Positions 1 to 8,211 are shown, counted from the first letter of the stretch. The stretch: 35,896 nt of DNA from a virus (IMGVR_UViG_3300046832_001492:1-35896), one strand, 5' to 3'. The notes: generated by a model not told the origin, from the sequence alone. Program-made: numbers and translations.

Positions 1-359
1 AGCACGATCGATGGCGGCGTTTATTAAAAAATAACCAACCAACCCCGGCGGGGCGCTCAAATAGCGCCTCGCCACGCGGGGGGTCTAACTCCGCGAAATC
101 AAAACCCGCCACATGGCAAACCCAATCATCAAGCCCAAATCCTCGACCGTAGCGTCGAAAGTCCCAGCCTCCTCCGACCTGGCCTTGGGAGAAATTTGTG
201 TGAACCACGCCGACCGCCGACTCTATTCGCGCAATCCCAGCACGGGAGAGGTGTATAAATTGGCCGGCACCAAAGACGCGCCCGACCGCGTCTGGTCCTT
301 CGACATCTCCGCCGACGGCACCACCACCTTCCTCGGCTTCCTCCTTTACTCGGACTTCC
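1..359. repeat. Terminal direct repeat, left copy (imperfect; right copy 35538-35896)
   Basis: 1-85 is identical to 35538-35622 and 297-359 is identical to the last 63 nt. The middle is diverged but has the same total length. Indicates a circular contig of about 35,537 bp. Confidence 0.95.
43..83 (+). other. GC-rich intergenic stem-loop (no U-tract)
   Basis: GCGGGGCGCT-caaat-AGCGCCTCGC, flanked by CCCCG/CGGGG. Confidence 0.6.
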
Positions 360-493
360 CCAACACCGGCAGCGTTTACGACAGCGCAGCCTGGGAAATC
401 TCCCGCACCATTTTCAACTCCGCAGGCACCACCAGCACCGAATCCAGCGCCACCGGCGCGTGGTCGAACAAAACCAATCTCCAATTTTCTTAA
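113..493 (+). CDS. Putative tail-fibre-associated virion protein
   Basis: N-terminus (PKSSTVASKVP..DLALGEICVN..DRRLY) resembles common phage fibre N-terminal modules. C-terminal domain is paralogous to the end of 32737-34368. Confidence 0.6.
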   Translation: MANPIIKPKSSTVASKVPASSDLALGEICVNHADRRLYSRNPSTGEVYKLAGTKDAPDRVWSFDISADGTTTFLGFLLYSDFPNTGSVYDSAAWEISRTIFNSAGTTSTESSATGAWSNKTNLQFS

Positions 494-511
494 ACCAAAA
501 ATCCAAACACC

Positions 512-793
512 ATGAACGCTAGCAACCCAATCGAAATCAACGGAAAATCCTACGACAAATTCTCGCTCAATTTGGCCATCACGGGCCGGTATCTGGGCGA
601 TGGTTCTTCAGACGCCAATGTCGCCATGCGTCTCGTCCCGACCCGAATCGAGAACGGCGAGGTCATCACCGCAGACGAAGCCGCTATCGGCATCGTGCTC
701 GGATCACTGGCAGGCAGCGACGAACCCACACAGCAAGCGGTTGGCGCGATCCAAGCCGCCCTCCAAGCCTACATCACCGCGAAAGGACTTTAA
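512..793 (+). CDS. Hypothetical protein (tail-fibre module)
   Basis: 93-aa ORF with typical codon usage and an A/C-rich leader. Confidence 0.75.
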   Translation: MNASNPIEINGKSYDKFSLNLAITGRYLGDGSSDANVAMRLVPTRIENGEVITADEAAIGIVLGSLAGSDEPTQQAVGAIQAALQAYITAKGL

Positions 794-795
794 TT

Positions 796-2979
796 ATGGC
801 AACCTACTTTGCCCGCAAATCCGGGAACATAAACGCCGCCGATGTCTGGGCTACCGCGCCCGCCGGAACGGCAGCGGCGGTCACATTTGCCAGCGGCGAT
901 GTCCTAATGGCTAACTCATTCACCATCACGGTCAATGTCTCCACCGACCTCGGCGGATCTGGACAGCTTCGCAACGACACCACTGGGGGCGCAACCGCAG
1001 GAGGAGTATTTACTCTTGCCGATGGGGTGACGCTAACAGCCAGTGTTTACAATAACCCCAGCAGTGTATGTGTCACTTTTTCCGCAAACTCACCTGCGAT
1101 TGCAAACATCGTTTCCAATGAAATAAAATGTTTCGGGACATCCAGTGCGTCAACTATAAATAACAGTGGATCAGGGACTCTAACTATTAGTGCAACCACA
1201 ATCAGTGGAGGCAATTCAGGTGGTGGAAGCATCCCGTGTGCCGGAGTTTTAACCTCTGGTGCAGGCACGACGACCGTAACATGCTCTGGAGGAATTACTG
1301 GTGGTTTATTAAGCCAAAGCCCCGGCGTGGCTGTTTCGGGAAGTGGGACATTAAATATCATAGGAAATGTGCGTGGCGGCGCGACAAACGCAGAGGGCGC
1401 AAGGAATTCAAGCACTACTAATGGCATAATAAACATTACCGGTACAGCCATCGGATCGGCTACTTCATCGGCAGCAGGCGTGAGTAATTACAGCAGTGGC
1501 ACAATCCGACTCACCCGCGCCGTGGGCAATGCCTACGGCCCCGGTAACACAGCCGGACTCGCAGCAGCCGTAGGGGCAGCAAATTCGGGTCTGGGCGTTA
1601 TCGAAATCGAACAACTCGAATACGGCACATTCGGAATGTCGCCCACCAGCGGAACAGGCATCCGCCTCAAAAAAGTTTCTACCAACGCCGCCGTCTTTAA
1701 TTACTGCGACACCGTAGGCGCAAAGACTCTCATCGACGCCACGCAAAACGCCGCCATGCCAGCCGCCAGCGATGTGCGCAACGGCGTGAGCTACGCATCG
1801 GGAGCATTCACTGGAAGCTGCGCAGTCCCAGCCGCAGGTTCGGTGGCGCTGGGAGTCGCTGTGGACGCAGGCTACGGCACGGCAGTCCTCACACCAGAAG
1901 CAGTCTGGGGCCACGCATCCCGCACAATAACGGGCGGGCTGGTTGACACGGCCACAACGCTGACCAACTCGCCAGATGTTCCAACCGAGGCTGAAATCGC
2001 CAGCGCAGTCTGGGGAGCAGCAACCAAAGAAATCACTGGAGGCACCGTCACCACGCTCACCAACCCGCCAACCGTCCCAACGGTTGTCCAAATTCGCCAA
2101 GAGATGGACAGCAACAGCACCAAACTCGCTAACCTCGACGCCACGATCTCCAGCCGTTCAACCCTCACGACCGGCGACCTCCCGAGCGTGCCGAGCGCGG
2201 CCTCTGTGGCAACAGCCGTGCGCACCGAATTAACGGAGATTTCCAACCTCGATGCTTCCGTGTCGAGCCGTCTCGCTTCGGCGTCTTACACAGCGCCAGC
2301 AAACTCGGACATCACCGCGATTAAGAGCAAAACCGACAGCCTACCGGCTTCGCCCGCAGCCGTCGCCGACATCCCGACCGCCGCGCAAATCTCCGCAGCC
2401 GTGGAAGGTTCGATCCTCAACGAAGCCGACGGCCAAGCGGTCCTCAACGCCATCGTGAGCGCAATCGGGAACACCAACCTCAGCGAAGTCTCACTCGTCG
2501 CGGCCGTCCGTGCCGACCTCGAGCGCAACGGCGGAAAGCTCGACAGCATCCCGACATCCTCGGCGCCATCAGCCTCAACAGTGGCCGGAGCTGTGCGAAC
2601 TGAACTCGCAACAGAACTCGGGCGTCTGGATGCCTCGGTGTCTTCGAGACTCTCGCCATCCGGCACGCTTGCCACGGTGACAAACCTCACGAACGCGCCG
2701 GCATCAGTCACTCCCGCCGACATCTGGGACTACAATGCCCGCACGCTCACCAGCGCCAGCGGACCGACAGCGGTCGAGATTCGCCAGGAGATCGACGCCA
2801 ATTCCACCAAACTGGATGTCGCCGTCGGAACCCGCCTCGCCGGTTCGGCCTACACCGCGCCAGCCAACAGCGACATCACCGCGATCAAAGCGAAGACCGA
2901 TGCCCTTGTCGTGGAGCGCCTCAATAACTGCGCTACCACGGCCATCGTCGGAAATCTCCTTGCCCAAGCTAACTCATGA
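796..2979 (+). CDS. Putative tail fibre/spike (G/S/T/N-rich beta-solenoid-like N-half, repetitive C-half)
   Basis: 727 aa; internal repeats AVRTEL, LDASVSSRL, YTAPANSDITAIK, IRQEMD/IDxNSTKL; lies between tail and lysis genes. Confidence 0.6.
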   Translation: MATYFARKSGNINAADVWATAPAGTAAAVTFASGDVLMANSFTITVNVSTDLGGSGQLRNDTTGGATAGGVFTLADGVTLTASVYNNPSSVCVTFSANSPAIANIVSNEIKCFGTSSASTINNSGSGTLTISATTISGGNSGGGSIPCAGVLTSGAGTTTVTCSGGITGGLLSQSPGVAVSGSGTLNIIGNVRGGATNAEGARNSSTTNGIINITGTAIGSATSSAAGVSNYSSGTIRLTRAVGNAYGPGNTAGLAAAVGAANSGLGVIEIEQLEYGTFGMSPTSGTGIRLKKVSTNAAVFNYCDTVGAKTLIDATQNAAMPAASDVRNGVSYASGAFTGSCAVPAAGSVALGVAVDAGYGTAVLTPEAVWGHASRTITGGLVDTATTLTNSPDVPTEAEIASAVWGAATKEITGGTVTTLTNPPTVPTVVQIRQEMDSNSTKLANLDATISSRSTLTTGDLPSVPSAASVATAVRTELTEISNLDASVSSRLASASYTAPANSDITAIKSKTDSLPASPAAVADIPTAAQISAAVEGSILNEADGQAVLNAIVSAIGNTNLSEVSLVAAVRADLERNGGKLDSIPTSSAPSASTVAGAVRTELATELGRLDASVSSRLSPSGTLATVTNLTNAPASVTPADIWDYNARTLTSASGPTAVEIRQEIDANSTKLDVAVGTRLAGSAYTAPANSDITAIKAKTDALVVERLNNCATTAIVGNLLAQANS

Positions 2980-3275
2980 CGCCCGACTCCGCACTCGGCA
3001 TCATCAACCACGCCGCGCGTCAGGATGCCACTTGGCACCTGATCGCGCTCGTGGCGATCGGGCTCATTTTTGCTTCGATTCTCTTCCGGTGGTTCACCCG
3101 CCGCCTCGAGCGCGTGGAGTCGAAGATGGATGAGCAGAACGAGGAATTCGTGAAACACCTCAAAACCGCCAACCGCGAAATGCTCGAGGTCATCAGCAGC
3201 AATCAGCAGACCACCAACCGCGCCATCACTATCATGGACCGACTTGAGTCCAAACTCGACCGCCACGCCCCATGA
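2976..3275 (+). CDS. Holin-like membrane protein (1 TM + coiled coil)
   Basis: Hydrophobic segment WHLIALVAIGLIFASILFRWF; first gene of the lysis cluster. Confidence 0.55.
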   Translation: MTPDSALGIINHAARQDATWHLIALVAIGLIFASILFRWFTRRLERVESKMDEQNEEFVKHLKTANREMLEVISSNQQTTNRAITIMDRLESKLDRHAP

Positions 3276-3278
3276 ACC

Positions 3279-3286
3279 TTTGACAC
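3279..3286 (+). promoter_or_regulatory. TTTGACAC late motif
   Basis: Intergenic, 14 nt before ATG 3301. Confidence 0.6.
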
Positions 3287-3300
3287 TTGCCCTCTAACTG

Positions 3301-3474
3301 ATGAAAGCAATTTTCTTTGTCCTCGATCGTCTTTCGGAAAACAGCACATGGCGCGGTTTGATTTTGGTCGCAGTCGCTCTCGGCGTGAAGCTCGAGCCAG
3401 AGATGCAAAACCAGATCATTGCCGCCGGCCTCGGCCTCGTCGGCACGATCAACATTTTCCGCAAAGGAAAATGA
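3301..3474 (+). CDS. Small holin-like protein, 57 aa (not in ORF track)
   Basis: MKAIFFVLDRLSENSTWRGLILVAVALGVKLEPEMQNQIIAAGLGLVGTINIFRKGK; two hydrophobic segments, basic C-terminus, ATGA overlap with next gene. Confidence 0.75.
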   Translation: MKAIFFVLDRLSENSTWRGLILVAVALGVKLEPEMQNQIIAAGLGLVGTINIFRKGK

Positions 3475-3722
3475 ACCCCAAACAGGTCGCCGCGACCGCA
3501 GTGATGCTCGCGTGGGTTTTTCTGGCGATTAGTTTTCTGAGCGGATGCGTGGCCGTCCCGATGCCTCCATTCGGAGACCGCATCGGTGAAGCAGGCACGC
3601 TCCACATCCGCGCCACCGTGCGCTTTGAGCCACGCCTGAGCGAAAGCGAAGCCACGAACCGCGACCTCTGGAACGCCCTTGGGGAGTTCCAAAAAACCCT
3701 TCCGGCTCTCAAAGACAAGTGA
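3471..3722 (+). CDS. Lipoprotein, spanin-like
   Basis: Signal peptide with lipobox FLSG-C; located in the lysis cassette. Confidence 0.55.
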   Translation: MNPKQVAATAVMLAWVFLAISFLSGCVAVPMPPFGDRIGEAGTLHIRATVRFEPRLSESEATNRDLWNALGEFQKTLPALKDK

Positions 3723-4333
3723 TGCTCTCGCTCCTCGCCCGCTTCTTCATGCTGCCACGCCCGGCGCAATCCCCCGCCCCCGCGCCTGAGCCCGCGCCGA
3801 AGCCCGCGAAGCCAGCATCAAAGCCAGCCAAAACCTCCGGCACCCTCAAGCCCGAGCCGAAATACTACCAGCAAACCAACAAGCGGACCCCCAACATTTC
3901 AGCCGGCCGCGTCATCAAGCCCACCCATGTGATCCTGCACCACACGAGCGGAGCCTATGCCGGATCCGTCTCCTGGTGCAGCGACCCCGCCAGCAAAGTT
4001 TCGTATCACTGCATCATCGCCAGAAACGGCAAACGAACCGCCCTCGCCCTGCCGAGCCAACGCACATGGCACGCCGGAGTCTCAAGCTGGCAAGGCCGAA
4101 AAGATGTCAACTCGTGGAGCATCGGCATGGCATGGGAAGGGGACACCTACTCGACCCCATTGAGCGAAGACGCCCTCCTCAGCGCCGTCGAATACTTGTT
4201 GCCCATCCTCCGCGAAAACAACATCCCTCTCGCAAACATCCTGCGCCACGCAGACATCGCCCCCGGCCGCAAAGACGACTGCTCCCCATCGGCCCACGCC
4301 GCGCTTTTAGCGGCACTCAACCGGGTCATCTAA
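3719..4333 (+). CDS. Endolysin, N-acetylmuramoyl-L-alanine amidase (Amidase_2 type)
   Basis: Motifs ILHHT, SYHCII, TWHAG, N..SIG, RHADIAPGRKDDC; Pro/Ala/Lys-rich N-terminal linker. Confidence 0.9.
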   Translation: MMLSLLARFFMLPRPAQSPAPAPEPAPKPAKPASKPAKTSGTLKPEPKYYQQTNKRTPNISAGRVIKPTHVILHHTSGAYAGSVSWCSDPASKVSYHCIIARNGKRTALALPSQRTWHAGVSSWQGRKDVNSWSIGMAWEGDTYSTPLSEDALLSAVEYLLPILRENNIPLANILRHADIAPGRKDDCSPSAHAALLAALNRVI

Positions 4334-4569
4334 TGGCAAAAAAAACCGCCCCGCCCAAAGACCGCGAGGCGGTCATGCTCCAAGCCCGCGCGCTCCTCGC
4401 CGAGCATTTCGATGTCGGCATCGCCGTGGTTTCTTGGGAGGACGGCGGAGAAACTTTCTACATGGACTTCAAATTTGGAAACCACTACGCGGCAAAATCT
4501 CTCTGCCGCGAAGCCGAAGACATGCTGTGGCCTTACGAGGAGGAAGACACCGAAGAAGAAGAAGCATGA
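4333..4569 (+). CDS. Hypothetical protein
   Basis: MAKKTAPPKDRE...; TAATG coupling to the amidase; acidic tail. Confidence 0.7.
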   Translation: MAKKTAPPKDREAVMLQARALLAEHFDVGIAVVSWEDGGETFYMDFKFGNHYAAKSLCREAEDMLWPYEEEDTEEEEA

Positions 4570-4823
4570 AGGCCACGCTTGAATTCACCCTGCCCGAAGA
4601 ACGCACCGAGCACATCTGCGCTGTGAAAGGCATGGACTCCATTTTAATAATCGACGACCTCCTTCAAGAAATCCGCGCCTTCCTTAAACACGAATCCGGC
4701 GAATTTAAGTCTTGGCGAGACGACGAAGGCCGCGACTGCCAAGCCTGCCCCGACACGCTCGAAAAAATCCGCAGCTACATTTGGGAACTCCGCAAAGACA
4801 ACGAAATCCCCGACCTCCCATGA
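4566..4823 (+). CDS. Hypothetical protein
   Basis: MKATLEFTLPEE...; ATGA overlaps at both ends. Confidence 0.75.
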   Translation: MKATLEFTLPEERTEHICAVKGMDSILIIDDLLQEIRAFLKHESGEFKSWRDDEGRDCQACPDTLEKIRSYIWELRKDNEIPDLP

Positions 4824-5551
4824 CACCCGTAAAAAAATGGAAAAAGTGGATGGCTGTCGGGTGCTCACACGGCGAACTCATCTGCCCAGAAAGCCGCCGC
4901 GCTGTGCTGGATTTTGCCAAGAAATTTCGTCCAGACTTCCGTGCGCATCTGGGCGATTTTATAGACTTGGCGGCCATGCGCGGAGGCGTCGCGTCCGATG
5001 TGGACAGCAAAGACCGCGCTCGCAACATCGCTCAAGATGTCAGCGAGGGGATTTCGTTCCTCTACGAATTTGCTCCGAATGTCATAATGCTCGGAAACCA
5101 CGAGGCCCGCTTGAACCGCATGGCGGAATCCCCCAACGCCGTCCACGCTCACGCCGCGCAGACCGTCCTCAACGAACTCGGAGACTGCGCCAAAAAGCTC
5201 AAGGCAAAAATCTACCCATACCACAACACCAAAGGCGTCCACCGGCTGGGAGACCTCGCCATGGTCCACGGCTTTAGCTGCAATGTCAGCGCCATCCGCG
5301 ACCACGCCGAGACCTACGGCAAAGTCATCATGGCCCACCTCCACCGCGTCGGCATCGAGCGCGGCCGCCGCGTCGATTCTCCCACCGGCTACTGCCTCGG
5401 AGCGATCTGCAATCTCGACATGGACTACAGCTCCACCCGCCGAGCGTCATTGGCCCACTCGTCTGGCTTCGCGTGGGGCTACTACACAGACAACTCAACA
5501 ACCGTCAACCTGTGCGAAAGACAAAAAAACCAACCGTGGCTTCTGCCGTAG
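4820..5551 (+). CDS. Calcineurin-like metallophosphoesterase
   Basis: Motifs GCSHG, LGDFID, GNHE, VHG, AHLH. Confidence 0.85.
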   Translation: MTPVKKWKKWMAVGCSHGELICPESRRAVLDFAKKFRPDFRAHLGDFIDLAAMRGGVASDVDSKDRARNIAQDVSEGISFLYEFAPNVIMLGNHEARLNRMAESPNAVHAHAAQTVLNELGDCAKKLKAKIYPYHNTKGVHRLGDLAMVHGFSCNVSAIRDHAETYGKVIMAHLHRVGIERGRRVDSPTGYCLGAICNLDMDYSSTRRASLAHSSGFAWGYYTDNSTTVNLCERQKNQPWLLP

Positions 5552-5781
5552 AAAAAGCCTGGGGCGCCTTCTTTCAGTCGACGGCCGCATGCGACCCCTC
5601 CGAACTGAAAAAGGAAGGCTGGATGACCAACATGGAAATTTCCGAGCTATCAAAGCTCAAAGGCGAAGCCGGTCGCCAGCTCGCAGATAAAGGCGTCCGC
5701 TCGGGCGTTCTCGAAAAGAAAGTCGCCAAAATTTTGGTCAATGGCCGTCGAGCCAATGTGAACTTCTACCGGCCCATTTGA
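5536..5781 (+). CDS. Small putative winged-helix DNA-binding protein
   Basis: WMTNMEISELSKL...GVLEKK...FYRPI pattern; GTG start is uncertain. Confidence 0.5.
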   Translation: MASAVEKAWGAFFQSTAACDPSELKKEGWMTNMEISELSKLKGEAGRQLADKGVRSGVLEKKVAKILVNGRRANVNFYRPI

Positions 5782-5788
5782 TAGAACA

Positions 5789-6036
5789 GGGCAACCCTGG
5801 GCAACACTCCCGCAAGTCATTGAAAAACAAAGCCAAAAAACCGACTTAAAATCCGTTTTCGCGAAAGCGGAGTGCGGGTTCGAGTCCCGCCGCCGGCAGA
5901 GCGACTTGTGACGATTTGAGCTAGGTTTTATGCGGGTTGGCGGGTGGTTGGCTTTCAGAAACAACGGGAGGGATGTGGCGGCTACTGGAAGAAAATAGTT
6001 GCGATTTTGGGCAACACGGGCAACAGTTCGGGCAAC
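5789..6036 (+). mobile_element. attP: attP region with integrase arm-type repeats
   Basis: GGGCAAC x5 (5789, 5799, 6009, 6018, 6030) flank a tRNA fragment; IHF-like CAAGTCATTGAAA at 5813-5825; directly upstream of the integrase. Confidence 0.85.
5843..5898 (+). tRNA. 3' half of tRNA-Leu(TAA), att core (not a complete tRNA)
   Basis: Anticodon loop CTTAAAA, long variable arm TTCGC-GAAA-GCGGA, T-arm GCGGG-TTCGAGT-CCCGC, acceptor strand CGCCGGC-A. No D-arm or 5' acceptor strand upstream. Confidence 0.9.
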
Positions 6037-6041
6037 AGACC

Positions 6042-7061
6042 ATGAGCGCCTTTCTTGTCAGTCCATACCCGCAGCGGCCTTCGACCCCTTGGAAGCTCAC
6101 GATTCCGCAGAAAATTTTTGGCAAGAGGATTCGCCGGTTTTACCGGACCGAGGCGGAGGCTTGGGCGGCGGGGCCGGGGCTTTTGGAGAAACTTCAGAAG
6201 GGTGGGACCGATTCGCTCTCGGAGGAGCAGGTGAGCGGCATGTCGATTAAGTCGGCGGTGCGGGATTACATCGCCTCCAAGGCGGGGGCTTCGGAGCGGC
6301 ACAGGGACAAACTGGAAAAGATTTGCGGGGAGCTTTTGGATGCTTTCCCTGGCGCGGTGGCGGCGGTCACTCCGATGCAAGCGGCGAGGGTCTTTGGAAA
6401 GATCAAGGGCGCGCCGACGACGCGGGCGGGGTGGCATCGTTACGCCTCCGGGTTCTTTCGGTGGTGCGTGGACATGGAGCTTCTGGATCGGAATCCATTT
6501 CGCCGCGTCGTGGCGCCGGAGGCTGAGTCGAAGAGGTCACTGATTTCTGCAAAGGAACTGCGGGCTATTCTGGATGCGGAGATGTCGGATGCGCTTCGGG
6601 CTTGGTTTCTTCTGGGTGCGTTTGCGGGGTTGCGGTCCATCGAAGTCCACAGGATGCGGTGGGAGGATGTCGATCCAAAGTCCGGCCAGATCGAGGTTCG
6701 GCGGGAGGTTTCGAAACAATCAAGCGGCCTGCCGGAACGCATCGTGGATTTCACGGAGCCGATGAAAAAGCGGAAGGAATTTTTCAAAGGAAAATCGGGG
6801 CTGATCGTGGTTGCGAAATCGCTCCGACTTTATCGGGAGCGTGAGGCGCTCATCAAGCGGCTCAACAACGAGGGCGTGGTGCCGTGGGCCATGCTTCCAG
6901 AGAACGCACTCCGTCACTCTTACGCCACTTACCACCTCGGGCGGTGCCAGGATGCAGGGAAGACCGCGCACCAGATGGGGCATTCCTCGACGGCGCTGGT
7001 GCTCAAGACCTACGCGGTGCCTTCGCGTAAGGCGGACTGGCGCGCTTGGTGGAGGGTTTAG
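6042..7061 (+). CDS. int: Tyrosine integrase
   Basis: AGLRSIE (R), NALRHSYATY (HxxR-type motif, here NxxR), MGHSS, terminal Y; ATG 6042 follows the arm repeats. Confidence 0.93.
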   Translation: MSAFLVSPYPQRPSTPWKLTIPQKIFGKRIRRFYRTEAEAWAAGPGLLEKLQKGGTDSLSEEQVSGMSIKSAVRDYIASKAGASERHRDKLEKICGELLDAFPGAVAAVTPMQAARVFGKIKGAPTTRAGWHRYASGFFRWCVDMELLDRNPFRRVVAPEAESKRSLISAKELRAILDAEMSDALRAWFLLGAFAGLRSIEVHRMRWEDVDPKSGQIEVRREVSKQSSGLPERIVDFTEPMKKRKEFFKGKSGLIVVAKSLRLYREREALIKRLNNEGVVPWAMLPENALRHSYATYHLGRCQDAGKTAHQMGHSSTALVLKTYAVPSRKADWRAWWRV

Positions 7062-7103
7062 GCTACGCAGAGAAAGCGTAAATAAATAATAAACAGCAGT
7101 TTA

Positions 7104-7117
7104 CCCCCCCCCCCCCC
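7104..7117. repeat. C14 homopolymer
   Basis: Between the convergent int and repressor genes. Confidence 0.85.
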
Positions 7118-7169
7118 GCGCATAGCGCGCAAGAGGCTCTGTGGCTTTGAGTTAAGTCGTGGACTTGGC

Positions 7170-7526
7170 CTAGCCAGCCATGGGGTAACTTTTCGTTTTT
7201 GGAGGTTCTGACCCACCAGCGGATGTCTTGCGTGGAATCGTAATTTTGCCCCCAGTTTTGGGCGTAGGTTTTGAGCGTTTTTCTTTGATCTCAATGCGTG
7301 CTGGTGCCGCCGGTTGAGGGTTTTCGAAGCGCTCAATACATGCTTTGTAGTGATGATCCCATGCCAACCTCATGCACTTGCGGATGGCTTGAGATTGAGT
7401 CATGTCGCTGTGATTGGCCTCAAGCTCGAATTTAATAATGCTGGCCAAAATCTCGCGGCACTCCGGGGTCAAAGAGACGCCCGGTTTTTTCACTTTTTCG
7501 CTTTCTGGTTTTTTGTGCCGACCCAC
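7170..7526 (-). CDS. Putative immunity repressor (ribbon-helix-helix-like)
   Basis: Divergent from the early operon; KKPGVSLTPECREIL...TQSQAIRKCMR pattern; probable GTG start at 7526, downstream of TTGCAA-N17-GACATT. Confidence 0.6.
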   Translation of the reverse strand: MGRHKKPESEKVKKPGVSLTPECREILASIIKFELEANHSDMTQSQAIRKCMRLAWDHHYKACIERFENPQPAAPARIEIKEKRSKPTPKTGGKITIPRKTSAGGSEPPKTKSYPMAG

Positions 7527-7549
7527 AACGAAAACAATGTCAGCGAATA

Positions 7550-7710
7550 GGTGCACCCTTGCAACCAATTATTTTATTCGGTGCACCAAAAAAATATTTT
7601 CGCCCGCAAACCTTGTCCCCATGCGGATGTCAATAGAAATCTTCGTATGGGGAGAACACCCCATTGACTTTTTTTATTGATAAAAGTGCACCGAAATAAA
7701 AAAGTGCACC
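7550..7710. promoter_or_regulatory. Divergent promoter/operator region with four GTGCACC sites
   Basis: GTGCACC at 7551, 7581, 7686 and 7704; AT-rich; candidate -35 boxes TTGCAA (- strand) and TTGATA (+ strand). Confidence 0.75.
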
Positions 7711-7712
7711 GC

Positions 7713-7874
7713 ATGACAGCGAGCAACAAAAAACAGGGAGCGTGTTTCCCGATTGACCTCTGGCAGGAGATCAAGCGGGAAGCTGAAGCAAACGACACGA
7801 CGCTGAGCAAAGTGATCGTTCAAGCGGTCCGCGAAATGGTGGATCGGAAAAACAAACGGAGGGCGAAGAAATGA
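7713..7874 (+). CDS. Cro-position RHH (Arc/CopG-like) regulator
   Basis: KKQGACFPIDLWQEIKREAEANDTTLSKVIVQAVREMV. Confidence 0.7.
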   Translation: MTASNKKQGACFPIDLWQEIKREAEANDTTLSKVIVQAVREMVDRKNKRRAKK

Positions 7875-8104
7875 ACCTTTCGGATGTCTACATCAACATG
7901 GACGAGGCTCGGCGCCTCTCGGGTTTTTCCAGCCGCTCGATCCGCGACTACATTAAACGGGGCGAATTTGCGGCAAGCCTTCCACGGGGCCGGTGCGGTG
8001 GTTGGCATATCGTCCGCGAGTCGTTTTTGGATTGGTGGGGTTATCGGAACGCCTCCACCGCGAACCGAACGACGATTCCGACACGGAAACGGAGGGCCGC
8101 GTAA
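7871..8104 (+). CDS. Excisionase-like HTH protein
   Basis: YINMDEARRLSGFSSRSIRDYIKRGEF...GGWHI. Confidence 0.75.
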   Translation: MNLSDVYINMDEARRLSGFSSRSIRDYIKRGEFAASLPRGRCGGWHIVRESFLDWWGYRNASTANRTTIPTRKRRAA

Positions 8105-8211
8105 TGGACTGCGAAACTCTTCTCCGATGCCTCGGCTACTCGATCGACGCGGCTTTTAAATTCGGCCCAGTCGCCATCGCGGCGGTCATCACCTGGAGGC
8201 TCGCCCGATGA
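8104..8211 (+). CDS. Small hydrophobic protein, 35 aa
   Basis: Coupled by TAATG and ATGA overlaps. Confidence 0.5.
   Translation: MDCETLLRCLGYSIDAAFKFGPVAIAAVITWRLAR

Noticed and set aside
86-296. Diversity-generating retroelement TR/VR pair (the terminal alleles)
   Set aside because: No reverse transcriptase in the genome; the differences are not adenine-specific and are mostly synonymous.
5820-5900. Complete phage-encoded tRNA-Leu
   Set aside because: No 5' acceptor strand or D-arm, and the anticodon stem is mismatched; it is the att core only.
5937-6041. 35-aa N-terminal extension of the integrase in the ORF track
   Set aside because: Runs through the attP arm repeats from a TTG; ATG 6042 is the more plausible start.
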